Assembly: GCA_003669585.1 (NCBI GenBank)
Contig: QWOQ01000014.1
Location: 21,069 to 85,068, forward strand
DNA: 64,000 nucleotides
Direction: 5' to 3'
Source of the DNA: Planctomycetota bacterium
Lineage (GTDB): Bacteria > Planctomycetota > Planctomycetia > Pirellulales > UBA1268
Shown here: positions 38,535 to 47,278 of the stretch, one piece after another
Layout: every line of letters begins with the position of its first letter
How positions within the stretch are numbered: the first letter of the stretch is position 1
Notes under the pieces: generated by a model
Told to the model about the DNA's origin: nothing
Seen by the model: only the letters and a program-made list of their open reading frames with translations
Databases searched by the model: none
Position numbers and translations under genes: made by a program

Positions 38535-38626
38535 GGTGTCAATGCGAAGCGGGTTTCAGCGGACAGTCTTTCAACACTGAAAAACACCGACGCAGGCGAG
38601 AGGGCGCAGTGGGGGAATCAAAAAAC

Positions 38627-39616
38627 TTAAGCGGCTTTTGTGAGCTGCGGCACAGGATCATTCCCGGTGTGGAAAGAGTCTCTTTGTTCTGCATTCTTCC
38701 GAAACCCATCGGCATTCAAAATCGAGTGGTGTTGAGACTGCGAGTCCTGCTCGTCGTGAAGAATATCACAGGCTCTGTGAATCATGCTGCGAGAAAGTCG
38801 TTTGGCGATCCATTGATTGACATCCACAAATGGCCGTCGACGATCGTAATCTTCGCTCGAAGCCTGCACAATCGCCTTTTGAATGTCGGCTTGTGTTTCA
38901 CACACCACCATTCCGCGAGGATCAAAATACGAACCGATCGAAGGATCTCCCCAGTAAATTGGAACGTTCGAGCAAAGCATGGAATCGATTAGTTTTTCGG
39001 TGAAGTAACCCTTGGAGCGCGAATTTTCGACGATGACTGAATATCGAAAAGGGGCGTGCGCTTCTGTCTTGTCGGAAAGAGCGAGGTAGCCGGGGCCATA
39101 CAGTTGGGTAGTCTTGCACGCGGTTCGCGACCATGCAGCAACGCGATGGCACAGTCGATGACCCGGAAGATGATGTGTGGTTGAATCGACCAGTGACACC
39201 ATCGCCGTTTTTACAGAGGGCGTTTTCGGCAATGCTTGAAGCGTCGTGCCGCCATGCTCCACCAGTCGTGCATTCGGCAAAGCATGGCACAAGCTTATTT
39301 GATGTGTGAATACACGGTGGTACGAACGGCCGCGCCATCGCAACAAAGTATAAAAATGTCCTTGAGTGGAAAATGGTTGTTCTGTGAGTATTGATACTCG
39401 GCAACGGATATTGCGACGACTGGCCCACAACGATCGTGAATCTGCGGTGAGAATGAGATCGTCGTCGGCTTTCAGGTCACCGACGAGAGCATCCGCCTCT
39501 CTTGTTCCGCAATCATCGTGTTCGCCCGTCGGCCACTGCAAATGACGAAGCGGTATCCGTGAAAGATCCTCTCCGTAAGATCGAAGTACACCGGATGGAA
39601 GAAGTGAAATTGACAT
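38627..39616 (-). CDS. GT10-like alpha-1,3/4-fucosyltransferase family protein
   Basis: The ORF is open to 39769. ATG at 39616 follows GTGGAGGCATCC (strong Shine-Dalgarno). RYSVIVENSRSKGYFTEKLIDSMLCSNVPIYWG matches the GT10 FucT signature (FENS...GYvTEK...iPiYwG). Confidence 0.7.
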   Translation of the reverse strand: MSISLLPSGVLRSYGEDLSRIPLRHLQWPTGEHDDCGTREADALVGDLKADDDLILTADSRSLWASRRNIRCRVSILTEQPFSTQGHFYTLLRWRGRSYHRVFTHQISLCHALPNARLVEHGGTTLQALPKTPSVKTAMVSLVDSTTHHLPGHRLCHRVAAWSRTACKTTQLYGPGYLALSDKTEAHAPFRYSVIVENSRSKGYFTEKLIDSMLCSNVPIYWGDPSIGSYFDPRGMVVCETQADIQKAIVQASSEDYDRRRPFVDVNQWIAKRLSRSMIHRACDILHDEQDSQSQHHSILNADGFRKNAEQRDSFHTGNDPVPQLTKAA

Positions 39617-39941
39617 GGATGCCTCCACGAATTCACACCGGGAATAATCTTTCAAATCATTTTCAGGGTTCCACGGACTACGAGCCCGTGAAAAGTTGGT
39701 CAAGATCTCCCGATCGCGACGTTTGTATCGACTTGAAGGACCACGCTTCTCAAGAAAATAAACGAGCATTCACGGAATCGTCTCACAGTGGGAAGACTGG
39801 GAGTCTTGAGAAAAGGCTTTTTGAACCGCGATCCCAAAAAGACAATTTCTTTTCGCGAGGAGGGGTTCGCTACGATACCGACGTCTTGCAAAGCAAGTAT
39901 CTGTCGTTCAGCCACTCGTTCCGTAAAGCACTCTCAAGAGT

Positions 39942-40802
39942 ATGACGCTTCAATCAGATGTTGTCGTCAAGCGACCGGTGTGGTCGATCGGCCTGCTACA
40001 AGGGCCGTCACTGTCGCAGTTGAGTCCGCCTGAAGGAGTCGTCAATCCGATCATCACTGCGCAGGACATCATAGGCCCCAAAGGAGCGATTGCGGCTGAT
40101 CCATTCGCCTTGCAAGTCGATGGTCGTTGGTTCGTCTTCTTTGAATTAATGACAACGGGTTCACCGCATGCCGTGATCGCAGCAGCATCAAGTGTGGATC
40201 TTGTGAACTGGACATCTTTGGGTGTTGTGCTCGAACAGTCCCATCATCTTTCCTATCCATTCGTGTTTGAACATGAAGGAGAGATTTTTATGATGCCCGA
40301 ATCAAAAAAAGCTAGGCAGGTGACCATCTACCGAGCGGAAGCATTTCCGTACCGATGGAAAAAAGTAAAAACTCTTCTTCATGGCCGATACTGCGATGCA
40401 TCAATGGTCTGCTTTGAGAAAAGATATTGGTTATTTGTCGGTTGGCAGAGTTACTCTCTATGCGTCTTTTATGCCTCGCACCCACTCGGGCCATGGAAAC
40501 GACATGCTTGGCCATTTGTTCGGCTCTATTCAAAAGGATCTGCTCGGCCAGGAGGGCGACCACTGCTCATTGACGGAAAACTCATTCGCTTTGGACAAGA
40601 TAATCGCCAGAATTACGGGCATTCCCTGAGAGCATGGGAAGTGACCACACTGACTCCCACGTGGTTTTCTGAAAAACTTCTGTGTGAAGAGAAGATTCTT
40701 TCTGCCTCCGGCCAGGGTTGGAATGCACTCGGCATGCACCACATCGACATCCATCAGAGAGGCCCTCAAGATTTCCTTGCCTTTGTCGACGGCATTGGAT
40801 GA
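39942..40802 (+). CDS. Hypothetical protein, possibly beta-propeller (GH43-like / GINT1 N-terminal-like) glycan-related
   Basis: 286 aa. AADPFALQVDGRWFVFFE...HHLSYPFVFEHEGEIFMMPES...YCDASMVCFEKRYWLFVG resembles repeated beta-propeller blades. Assigned mostly by context. Confidence 0.45.
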   Translation: MTLQSDVVVKRPVWSIGLLQGPSLSQLSPPEGVVNPIITAQDIIGPKGAIAADPFALQVDGRWFVFFELMTTGSPHAVIAAASSVDLVNWTSLGVVLEQSHHLSYPFVFEHEGEIFMMPESKKARQVTIYRAEAFPYRWKKVKTLLHGRYCDASMVCFEKRYWLFVGWQSYSLCVFYASHPLGPWKRHAWPFVRLYSKGSARPGGRPLLIDGKLIRFGQDNRQNYGHSLRAWEVTTLTPTWFSEKLLCEEKILSASGQGWNALGMHHIDIHQRGPQDFLAFVDGIG

Positions 40803-40978
40803 GTTTGAGATTCCTCTTTTTCGAACGGTCCGACGCTGCTCAAGAAGTGTGTGGTGAAGATCCTTGACTTCGCCACCGAGGTTCTCTCGTCATGTGGCAC
40901 TCTGTGCTACGATCGTTTTGGGGTTATTTTCAATTGCATGTTGAAGCGTGTCAGGCACGCACCGCGGAGAAAAGTTGA

Positions 40979-42043
40979 GTGAAACTGTTGCTGATAAATC
41001 CGATGCCCGATTTTGTTGATGCTGTGAGCAAGCGTGTTGAAGACCTCACCATTTTGACCCATCCGACACTTGTCTCGCGACATGAATCGCTTGCGTCACG
41101 CGGTCAGGTCATCCCATTTTGGCCAAAATCAAAAGTAGATCCAATTGCAATTCGCTCTCTGTTTCGTGTTCTTCGCGATAATAAGCCCGATATTCTTCAT
41201 GCATTTTCTCCTCGATCGCTGGCCACAAGCGTTTTTGCAACGATGGGCCTGAGGCAATCTCCGAAGATAGTGAGCTATAGGAGAATTGCCCACGCACTCT
41301 CGTGGTTCGATCCTGGAAATTACATCACTTTTTTGCATCCGAGGATTGATCTTCACTGCTGCGAATCTGATGCGTGCGCCGAATATCTCGTCGAAGCAGG
41401 CGTGCCGAGAGATAAATGCAAAACCATCTACAACTGTATCCGTTACCAGCCACCCCCTTTTTCAAAACAACAACTTTGTGAACGATTCAACATTCCATCC
41501 GATGCGTTCGTTGTCGGCACGACCGCATGCATTCGACCTATTAAAGGTATAGACATTCTTCTCGAAGCAGCTGCTCACTGCGTGGATCTCCCAAACGTCT
41601 ACTGGCTTCTCATCGGACCGGTGGAAGACGCGCGGGTTGCGAAACTCATCCGAAAACCACTTTTTGGAAACCGTCTTCGAATGGTCGGATTGATTGACAA
41701 TGCTGGGGCGTTAGCGAATGTCTTTGACATTTTTGTAATGCCTTCCCGCGAGGAGGCTCTCTGTCAGGCTCTCTTAGAAGCGATGTCACAGGGAGCGTGT
41801 CCCGTTGTCAGTGATGCTGGCGGAATGAAGGAACTTGTGCGCAGTGGTATTGATGGAATTGTTGTACCCCGAGAAAATAGTGTGTCCCTTGCTGATGCAA
41901 TTCGTCTGTTATATGCCGACAGAAGCTTGGTGAATCGCTATGCGTGCTCGGCCCAAAAACGAGTTGAGGCGATCTGTTCACCGGAAAACATGGCCAACCG
42001 CGTACTCCAGATGTATTCGTCCCTGATTGCGACTGAATCCTGA
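40979..42043 (+). CDS. Glycosyltransferase family 4
   Basis: 354 aa with a GTG start. C-terminal half IRPIKGIDILLEAA...MPSREEALCQALLEAMSQGACPVVSDAGGMKELV is a typical GT4 domain. Confidence 0.85.
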   Translation: MKLLLINPMPDFVDAVSKRVEDLTILTHPTLVSRHESLASRGQVIPFWPKSKVDPIAIRSLFRVLRDNKPDILHAFSPRSLATSVFATMGLRQSPKIVSYRRIAHALSWFDPGNYITFLHPRIDLHCCESDACAEYLVEAGVPRDKCKTIYNCIRYQPPPFSKQQLCERFNIPSDAFVVGTTACIRPIKGIDILLEAAAHCVDLPNVYWLLIGPVEDARVAKLIRKPLFGNRLRMVGLIDNAGALANVFDIFVMPSREEALCQALLEAMSQGACPVVSDAGGMKELVRSGIDGIVVPRENSVSLADAIRLLYADRSLVNRYACSAQKRVEAICSPENMANRVLQMYSSLIATES

Positions 42044-42102
42044 CAACGCGGTTACACCGTTGGCCCAGTTGCTTTTGTCACAGTTTCGCGCGACGTGCAG
42101 GC

Positions 42103-43899
42103 TCACTCGATTCGACCTCGCTGCCGCCAATATTTGAGTCCCGGTACGAAGAAGCAGCCGGCGCTCACAACTCCGAAAACGACATGCGAAAAATCGGTCG
42201 CGACGCACATCACAAGCGCTGTCGCGAAGAGCATGAATGCCTGAATATAAAACGTACCTGACAAAATTCCCGCTTTGGCAAAAAAGACAAGACCGGCCAA
42301 GAGCGCAAGCACCGGTGACAGTGTGAGCACTGGAACGCCTAAGAGTCCTTCGACCCAGAAGAGCATCACGGTGGCGATCACGCTGCCTCCCCAGAGATGG
42401 GCAATTTGACGTTCGACAAATGTCACCGGACCAGCTCGACTGCGCAGCGCCCACAAAATGGGTGCCCAAAGCGCAAGACCCCCGGCCCAGAGGACAAAAA
42501 AAGGCCATCGTGTCGTCACGCCCTGCCACGCAAGCAGATTAGTTGTGACGGAAATCGCCAACAGCACCACCGAGTGCCACATCCATAAAAGACCCCAGTT
42601 TTCAAGAATGACTGCATGGTGAGTTTCACGAAAAATCCTCGTCCACAACTGTCCAAAACTATCGCTTCTTGCCGCAAGCGGTTCGCCGGCAAGAAATGCC
42701 CTGAGATCAGCGGCGAACGCAGCAGCCGATTCGTATCGAAGTTCCTGAGGTTTCTGTAATGTTTTGAGCGCAATCATTTCAAGGTCGCGATTGACACGGC
42801 TATCGATCATTCGCGGAGGAGGCGGATCGGCCTCGAGCACTGCAAGCAGGGTGTCCATCGGGCTCGATGCTTGGAATGGCGGACGTCCTGTGAGCATTTG
42901 ATAAAGAATAGCGCCCAAGCTCCAAACATCGCTTGTTGGACCAACGTCCCCTCGACTCCCGGCAGCTTGTTCCGGAGACATGTAGCAAGGAGTACCGAGA
43001 ATTGCTCCAGTGTGGGTTACAAAACCATCCGATTCGATTCGTTTGGCCAGACCGAAATCAGAAATATGTGGAGATCCGGTCGAGTCGATCAGAATATTTG
43101 AAGGTTTTAAATCACGATGCAGGACACCCCGTAGATGCGCTGCATGAATAGCCTCGGCTACCTCCGCTAAAATTCTAGCCGCTTCTCGCGGCTTAATGAC
43201 CCCGGAAGAAAGTTGCTTTGAGAGCGTCGTGCCTTCAATGTATTGCATAGAAAAGAATGGATGTCCGTCACATTCAGCAACTTCGTAGACCGAAACAATC
43301 GCTGGATGATCTAACTGCGCGGCAGCCGCGGCCTCGGTTTGAAATCGCGCAAGATCTGCCCCGGTAGCCAGATCACGTCGCAGCAGCATTTTGATTGCAA
43401 CGATTCTTCCAAGGCTTTTTTGTTCTGCTCGATAGACCACGCCCATACCGCCACGACCAATCTCCTCAAGCAGTTCGTAGTCTCCGAGCGTTGCAGGCAA
43501 TGAGGAAACACTCGGAACAAATCCGGCCAATGGAGAGAAAGGTACATGTGGATCGAAAGCCATTGTTGAAGAAGAAGTAGATGCGTTGCCACCATCAGCG
43601 GAAAAACTGCGTTCAAAAATCGTAGAATGTTCTGCCATGGCATCGGCAAGCATCATGGCGGCCCAAAGTTCGCGAAGCGGGACCGCCAGATCAGGATGGT
43701 TTGCTACCACTGCTTCAAAATCACTTGTGGTTGCACTCTTTGAGCTCGAAAGTTTATCGAGGAGATTTGCAAGCCGTTCCTCTTGTTCATTTGAAAGCGA
43801 TAGAACGACGGCTTGCGAGGTGACCATGGAAAAATTCTCAACAAGACGAGAGTGGGTTTCAAAGTATCGTTTGACAGGATCGTGCGGACGACGAATCAA
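42103..43899 (-). CDS. Ser/Thr protein kinase with C-terminal polytopic membrane domain
   Basis: 598 aa. GRGGMGVVYRA, VAIKML, HRDLKPSNILI, DFGLAK, MSPEQ. The C-terminal ~200 aa contain ~6 hydrophobic helices. Confidence 0.9.
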   Translation of the reverse strand: MIRRPHDPVKRYFETHSRLVENFSMVTSQAVVLSLSNEQEERLANLLDKLSSSKSATTSDFEAVVANHPDLAVPLRELWAAMMLADAMAEHSTIFERSFSADGGNASTSSSTMAFDPHVPFSPLAGFVPSVSSLPATLGDYELLEEIGRGGMGVVYRAEQKSLGRIVAIKMLLRRDLATGADLARFQTEAAAAAQLDHPAIVSVYEVAECDGHPFFSMQYIEGTTLSKQLSSGVIKPREAARILAEVAEAIHAAHLRGVLHRDLKPSNILIDSTGSPHISDFGLAKRIESDGFVTHTGAILGTPCYMSPEQAAGSRGDVGPTSDVWSLGAILYQMLTGRPPFQASSPMDTLLAVLEADPPPPRMIDSRVNRDLEMIALKTLQKPQELRYESAAAFAADLRAFLAGEPLAARSDSFGQLWTRIFRETHHAVILENWGLLWMWHSVVLLAISVTTNLLAWQGVTTRWPFFVLWAGGLALWAPILWALRSRAGPVTFVERQIAHLWGGSVIATVMLFWVEGLLGVPVLTLSPVLALLAGLVFFAKAGILSGTFYIQAFMLFATALVMCVATDFSHVVFGVVSAGCFFVPGLKYWRQRGRIE

Positions 43900-44012
43900 C
43901 TTGCTCCAAGTACCTTAGGAGTCAGCGTGTGCGTTGGCCTTATTTCTAGGGTTACAGAGACCCGCCATATTTTTTAAAAACCGCTCGATTCGTCTGATTG
44001 ACAGGGAATTAT

Positions 44013-44693
44013 TCAATTTTCAACGCTTTCATATTCACCACTTAAAAGCGTTCGAAGCCGCCGCATGGCCCTCAGGTACCGCATTCCTGCTGCTGCGTTT
44101 GAAAGCCCCAAGACCTCAGCTGTATCGGCTGTTGAAAGATGCTCGAAGTGTCGAAGGAGTACAATCTGTCTATCTCCTTCTTCGAGCAGTTCCACGGCTA
44201 AACCAAACCGTCGTTCGAGTTCATGCCACGTCGCTGCAGCTGCAGGAGTAAGTTCACGGTCTGCCAGCTGCCCCATTATGTCGGCCTGCGAATGGTCGGC
44301 ACCCTCGAAGATCACAATTGGCACTTCCCGATCGATGCTCCGACTCGCAGCAACTCGGTGTCGACGGTGAGCATCAATCAACCGATCCTTTGCCATGTGG
44401 CGCAGCCAGATATGAAACGGCATTGATGGGCTTGCCAGATAATCTTTCAGCCGACGATTAGCTTCAAGCATGACATCCTGAACAATGTCGCTGGCATCCA
44501 CTCGTCGTTGAACGACCTTGTCCATTCGCATCTGAATCATCCGACGCAGCGATGAACGATGCCGATCGAGAAGGCTGTTGATTGCACCAAGATCACCGCG
44601 ACGCACCTGTTCAAGCAGCACAAGCGTTGGATTGGCTTCAGGTTTGAAGGAATCGATTCCTCCGTTTGTATCGGCGTTGTCAAAGGTGTTCAT
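44013..44693 (-). CDS. ECF-type RNA polymerase sigma factor (kinase-associated type)
   Basis: The ORF is open to 44771; ATG at 44693 is preferred. Region 2 DASDIVQDVMLEA...F.IWLRHMAKDRLIDAHRRH. Region 4 VLLRHFEHLSTADTAEVLGLSNAAAGMRYLRAMRRLR. Located 113 nt upstream of the kinase. Confidence 0.85.
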   Translation of the reverse strand: MNTFDNADTNGGIDSFKPEANPTLVLLEQVRRGDLGAINSLLDRHRSSLRRMIQMRMDKVVQRRVDASDIVQDVMLEANRRLKDYLASPSMPFHIWLRHMAKDRLIDAHRRHRVAASRSIDREVPIVIFEGADHSQADIMGQLADRELTPAAAATWHELERRFGLAVELLEEGDRQIVLLRHFEHLSTADTAEVLGLSNAAAGMRYLRAMRRLRTLLSGEYESVEN

Positions 44694-45012
44694 TGGCAAA
44701 TAACCTGCCGAGTATTGGAGAGAGCCACCATCATACCCCTTTCGACGCCTCTTCCGGTACGATTGTCGCAATCGGTTCTCTAACGTTTCAAAAATGGGCT
44801 GGGGGACAAGGGCTCAAAGTGTCCTTTACACAATAAAAAAAGCGAAAAATGACTCTTAGACGCTTGATGGTGGTGCGAAGCCATGTGAGGAAAATGGATC
44901 GATAAAATGGTCAGCCAGCATTGTAAATCCATGTAAATTGAATAGCTGGAGCAGATTTTGTACGGGTGCTAAAAGTTTCCGATGAAAAGTATTTTTTGAC
45001 CATCCTGAAAAC

Positions 45013-46890
45013 GTGTTCCATAATCGCGTGCGGTCAACGGAAAGACCGCTTGCCTGCCGCACCAGACTGGTTGTGCGGCCCCGCGAATGGATCGCACCTG
45101 TGCACGCTGCTTTTGAAACAGCTCGAACTCTCACCGTCAAGAGGCTCTCTGCCCTTGTACAGACAAGCCTCGATATCGGACGTTCTCTTTCAGTAATGGG
45201 ATTGCTGCTCCTGCTCTCGCTCTTGGGAACGTTCTCGCTCCCATCGGTCGTGGCTGAGGACCCGGCGCTGAATTGGCAATCGGCCGCTCCGGGAACGTCG
45301 GCATCGTTCGCCACCATGAGCAACGACTTGGTAGTTCGTGCCTCAGCCTTAGAGCAGGGGAAGCGATGGTCGGACGCGGTTGCACTCTATGAATCGGCAT
45401 CTCGTTCGGCTCCGCTGTCGCCAGAGTATCAAAGGCGTCTCGATGTGGCGAGGATCCACTGCGACATTCAACGTCGGTATAACGAAAGCGCATTTCGTTC
45501 CCAGCTTGCACATCTTCCAGAAGCAGATGCGAGAAGACTCTACGGTGATGTTTTAGCTCGAATCGGAACACATCACGTTGATGTCCCTGACTTTCAGCGG
45601 CTTTTTTCCCGTGGATGCTTGGCGATGGAGACTGCCGTTCAAGATCCTGCCTTTGCGGCAACGTTTGTCACCTCTCGCGAGCAGTCACGCTATGATCTTT
45701 TTGCAGAACAGCTTGAACAGATTCGATCCGCTCGCCCTGTTGCAACTTTTTCTGAGGCGCAGGCGGCTGCTTCGTGGGTCGCGCGGTGTGCCAATACGTC
45801 GCTTGGAATTCCGCCAAGCGTGACGCTGATGGAAATGACTGCGGCGGCCGTCGGAGGCCTCGATGAATATTCCGCGTTCCTCACTGGCGGACAACTCAAC
45901 GACCTCTATTCTCAGATTGAGGGCAACTTTGTTGGACTTGGCGTTGAACTCAAAAAGGCCACCGATGGACTGCTGGTGCAACATGTCATCACCGGTAGCC
46001 CGGCGGAACGTTCGGGTGTTCATTCCGGTGATCATCTTGTTGGTATTGGGGGTCGATCGATTGGTGGCATGAGTGTCGACGAAGCGGCCGAATTGCTTCA
46101 GGGGCCAGAAGGATCGCTCGTCACGCTGGCCATTGTGCGAGGCGTTGGGCCTGCAAGAGCTCTTTCAGTTCGTCGCGAACATGTTGAAGTGCCAAGCGTT
46201 GAAAATATTCAAATACTGGACGCAACCAGCGGGGCCGGTTATCTGCGCATCTCTTCGTTTCAGAAAACGACTGTCCGTGATCTTGAAAACGCATTGCGCA
46301 AACTCGACGCTGCAGGCATGCGTGCGATGGTCGTCGATCTTCGCGGGAATCCAGGTGGACTCCTCACTTCCGGTGTTGATGTTGCAGATCTTTTTATTGA
46401 ACGTGGATTGGTCGTAGCAACGCGTGGTCGCAGCCCGGATGAAGATTTTAATTACACGGCGAGCCGTCCCGGAACTTGGAAAATGCCTTTGGTGGTCGTG
46501 ATTGATGGAGAGAGTGCAAGTGCCAGCGAAATCTTTGCCGGTGCCATTCGCGATCACGGTCGTGGTACGATCGTCGGCACGCGATCGTACGGCAAGGGAT
46601 CCGTTCAAGGTATCTTTCCGCTGGAATTTGCCGGGGTCGGTATTCGACTCACCACCGCCAAATTCTTTTCTCCGCTGGGTCATCCTTATAGTCGGGTCGG
46701 TGTTGAGCCCGATCTGGCAATCACAACCACTGCAAAACCGATCGACGGATCGCTTCCGGATGTTGGTCTTCACAGGCTCGATCCAAGACAAGACCCGTTC
46801 GTCAGTGCGGCGCTTGAGGTCGCAAAACGGAACGTCGTACAATCAACGTCGGCTTCAACTCCAGAAAAACACACCACGGCTGGGCGTTGA
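45013..46890 (+). CDS. S41-family C-terminal processing peptidase with PDZ domain
   Basis: 625-aa ORF with a GTG start. ATG at 45196 (MGLLLLLSLLGTFSLPSVVA) is an alternative. PDZ domain VITGSPAERSGVHSGDHLVGIGG. S41 motifs VVDLRGNPGGLL and IDGESASASEIFAGAIRD..GTRSYGKGSVQ. Confidence 0.85.
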   Translation: MFHNRVRSTERPLACRTRLVVRPREWIAPVHAAFETARTLTVKRLSALVQTSLDIGRSLSVMGLLLLLSLLGTFSLPSVVAEDPALNWQSAAPGTSASFATMSNDLVVRASALEQGKRWSDAVALYESASRSAPLSPEYQRRLDVARIHCDIQRRYNESAFRSQLAHLPEADARRLYGDVLARIGTHHVDVPDFQRLFSRGCLAMETAVQDPAFAATFVTSREQSRYDLFAEQLEQIRSARPVATFSEAQAAASWVARCANTSLGIPPSVTLMEMTAAAVGGLDEYSAFLTGGQLNDLYSQIEGNFVGLGVELKKATDGLLVQHVITGSPAERSGVHSGDHLVGIGGRSIGGMSVDEAAELLQGPEGSLVTLAIVRGVGPARALSVRREHVEVPSVENIQILDATSGAGYLRISSFQKTTVRDLENALRKLDAAGMRAMVVDLRGNPGGLLTSGVDVADLFIERGLVVATRGRSPDEDFNYTASRPGTWKMPLVVVIDGESASASEIFAGAIRDHGRGTIVGTRSYGKGSVQGIFPLEFAGVGIRLTTAKFFSPLGHPYSRVGVEPDLAITTTAKPIDGSLPDVGLHRLDPRQDPFVSAALEVAKRNVVQSTSASTPEKHTTAGR

Positions 46891-46910
46891 CTACGTAGCT
46901 CAACCACGTT

Positions 46911-46937
46911 GTGTTGCCCCGTGTTGCCCCGTGTTGG
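46911..46937. repeat. Direct tandem repeat of a 10-nt unit GTGTTGCCCC, about 2.7 copies
   Basis: Read directly: gtgttgcccc gtgttgcccc gtgttgg, starting 21 nt after the S41 peptidase stop. Confidence 0.9.
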
Positions 46938-47278
46938 ACAAAAGTACTGTGAAAACGGCATCGGAAATTCCTCGAAAAAAGTGATGCGAGTGCTTTCGGG
47001 CGAGTCTGCGAGCTACTTGAAGTCGCGAGTGGTCAGAGATAATCTTGGAAAGCTCTGTCACTTTGATCTGCCTGCAGGAAATTCTTCTGGCTGCGAGGCA
47101 AAGGATCACTGGACAGAACACATGTGTTTTGTTCCCTAGAGTTTTTCCTGTTGCCAAAAACTTCGTTCTGGCGAGTGAGTGCTCGCTGACGAGGGCTTTG
47201 GTAATTTTCACTGCGATCTCTCTCCCAATTGGCTCGCCTCTTTGGTCGTTTTATCGCGCAGAAGAAAAAGGTTTTTCT

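Noticed and set aside
47045-47278. 78-aa N-terminal extension of glnN
   Set aside because: Type III GS homologues start near MSS...FGSNVF. The extension is hydrophobic and Cys-rich junk lying in the intergenic region.
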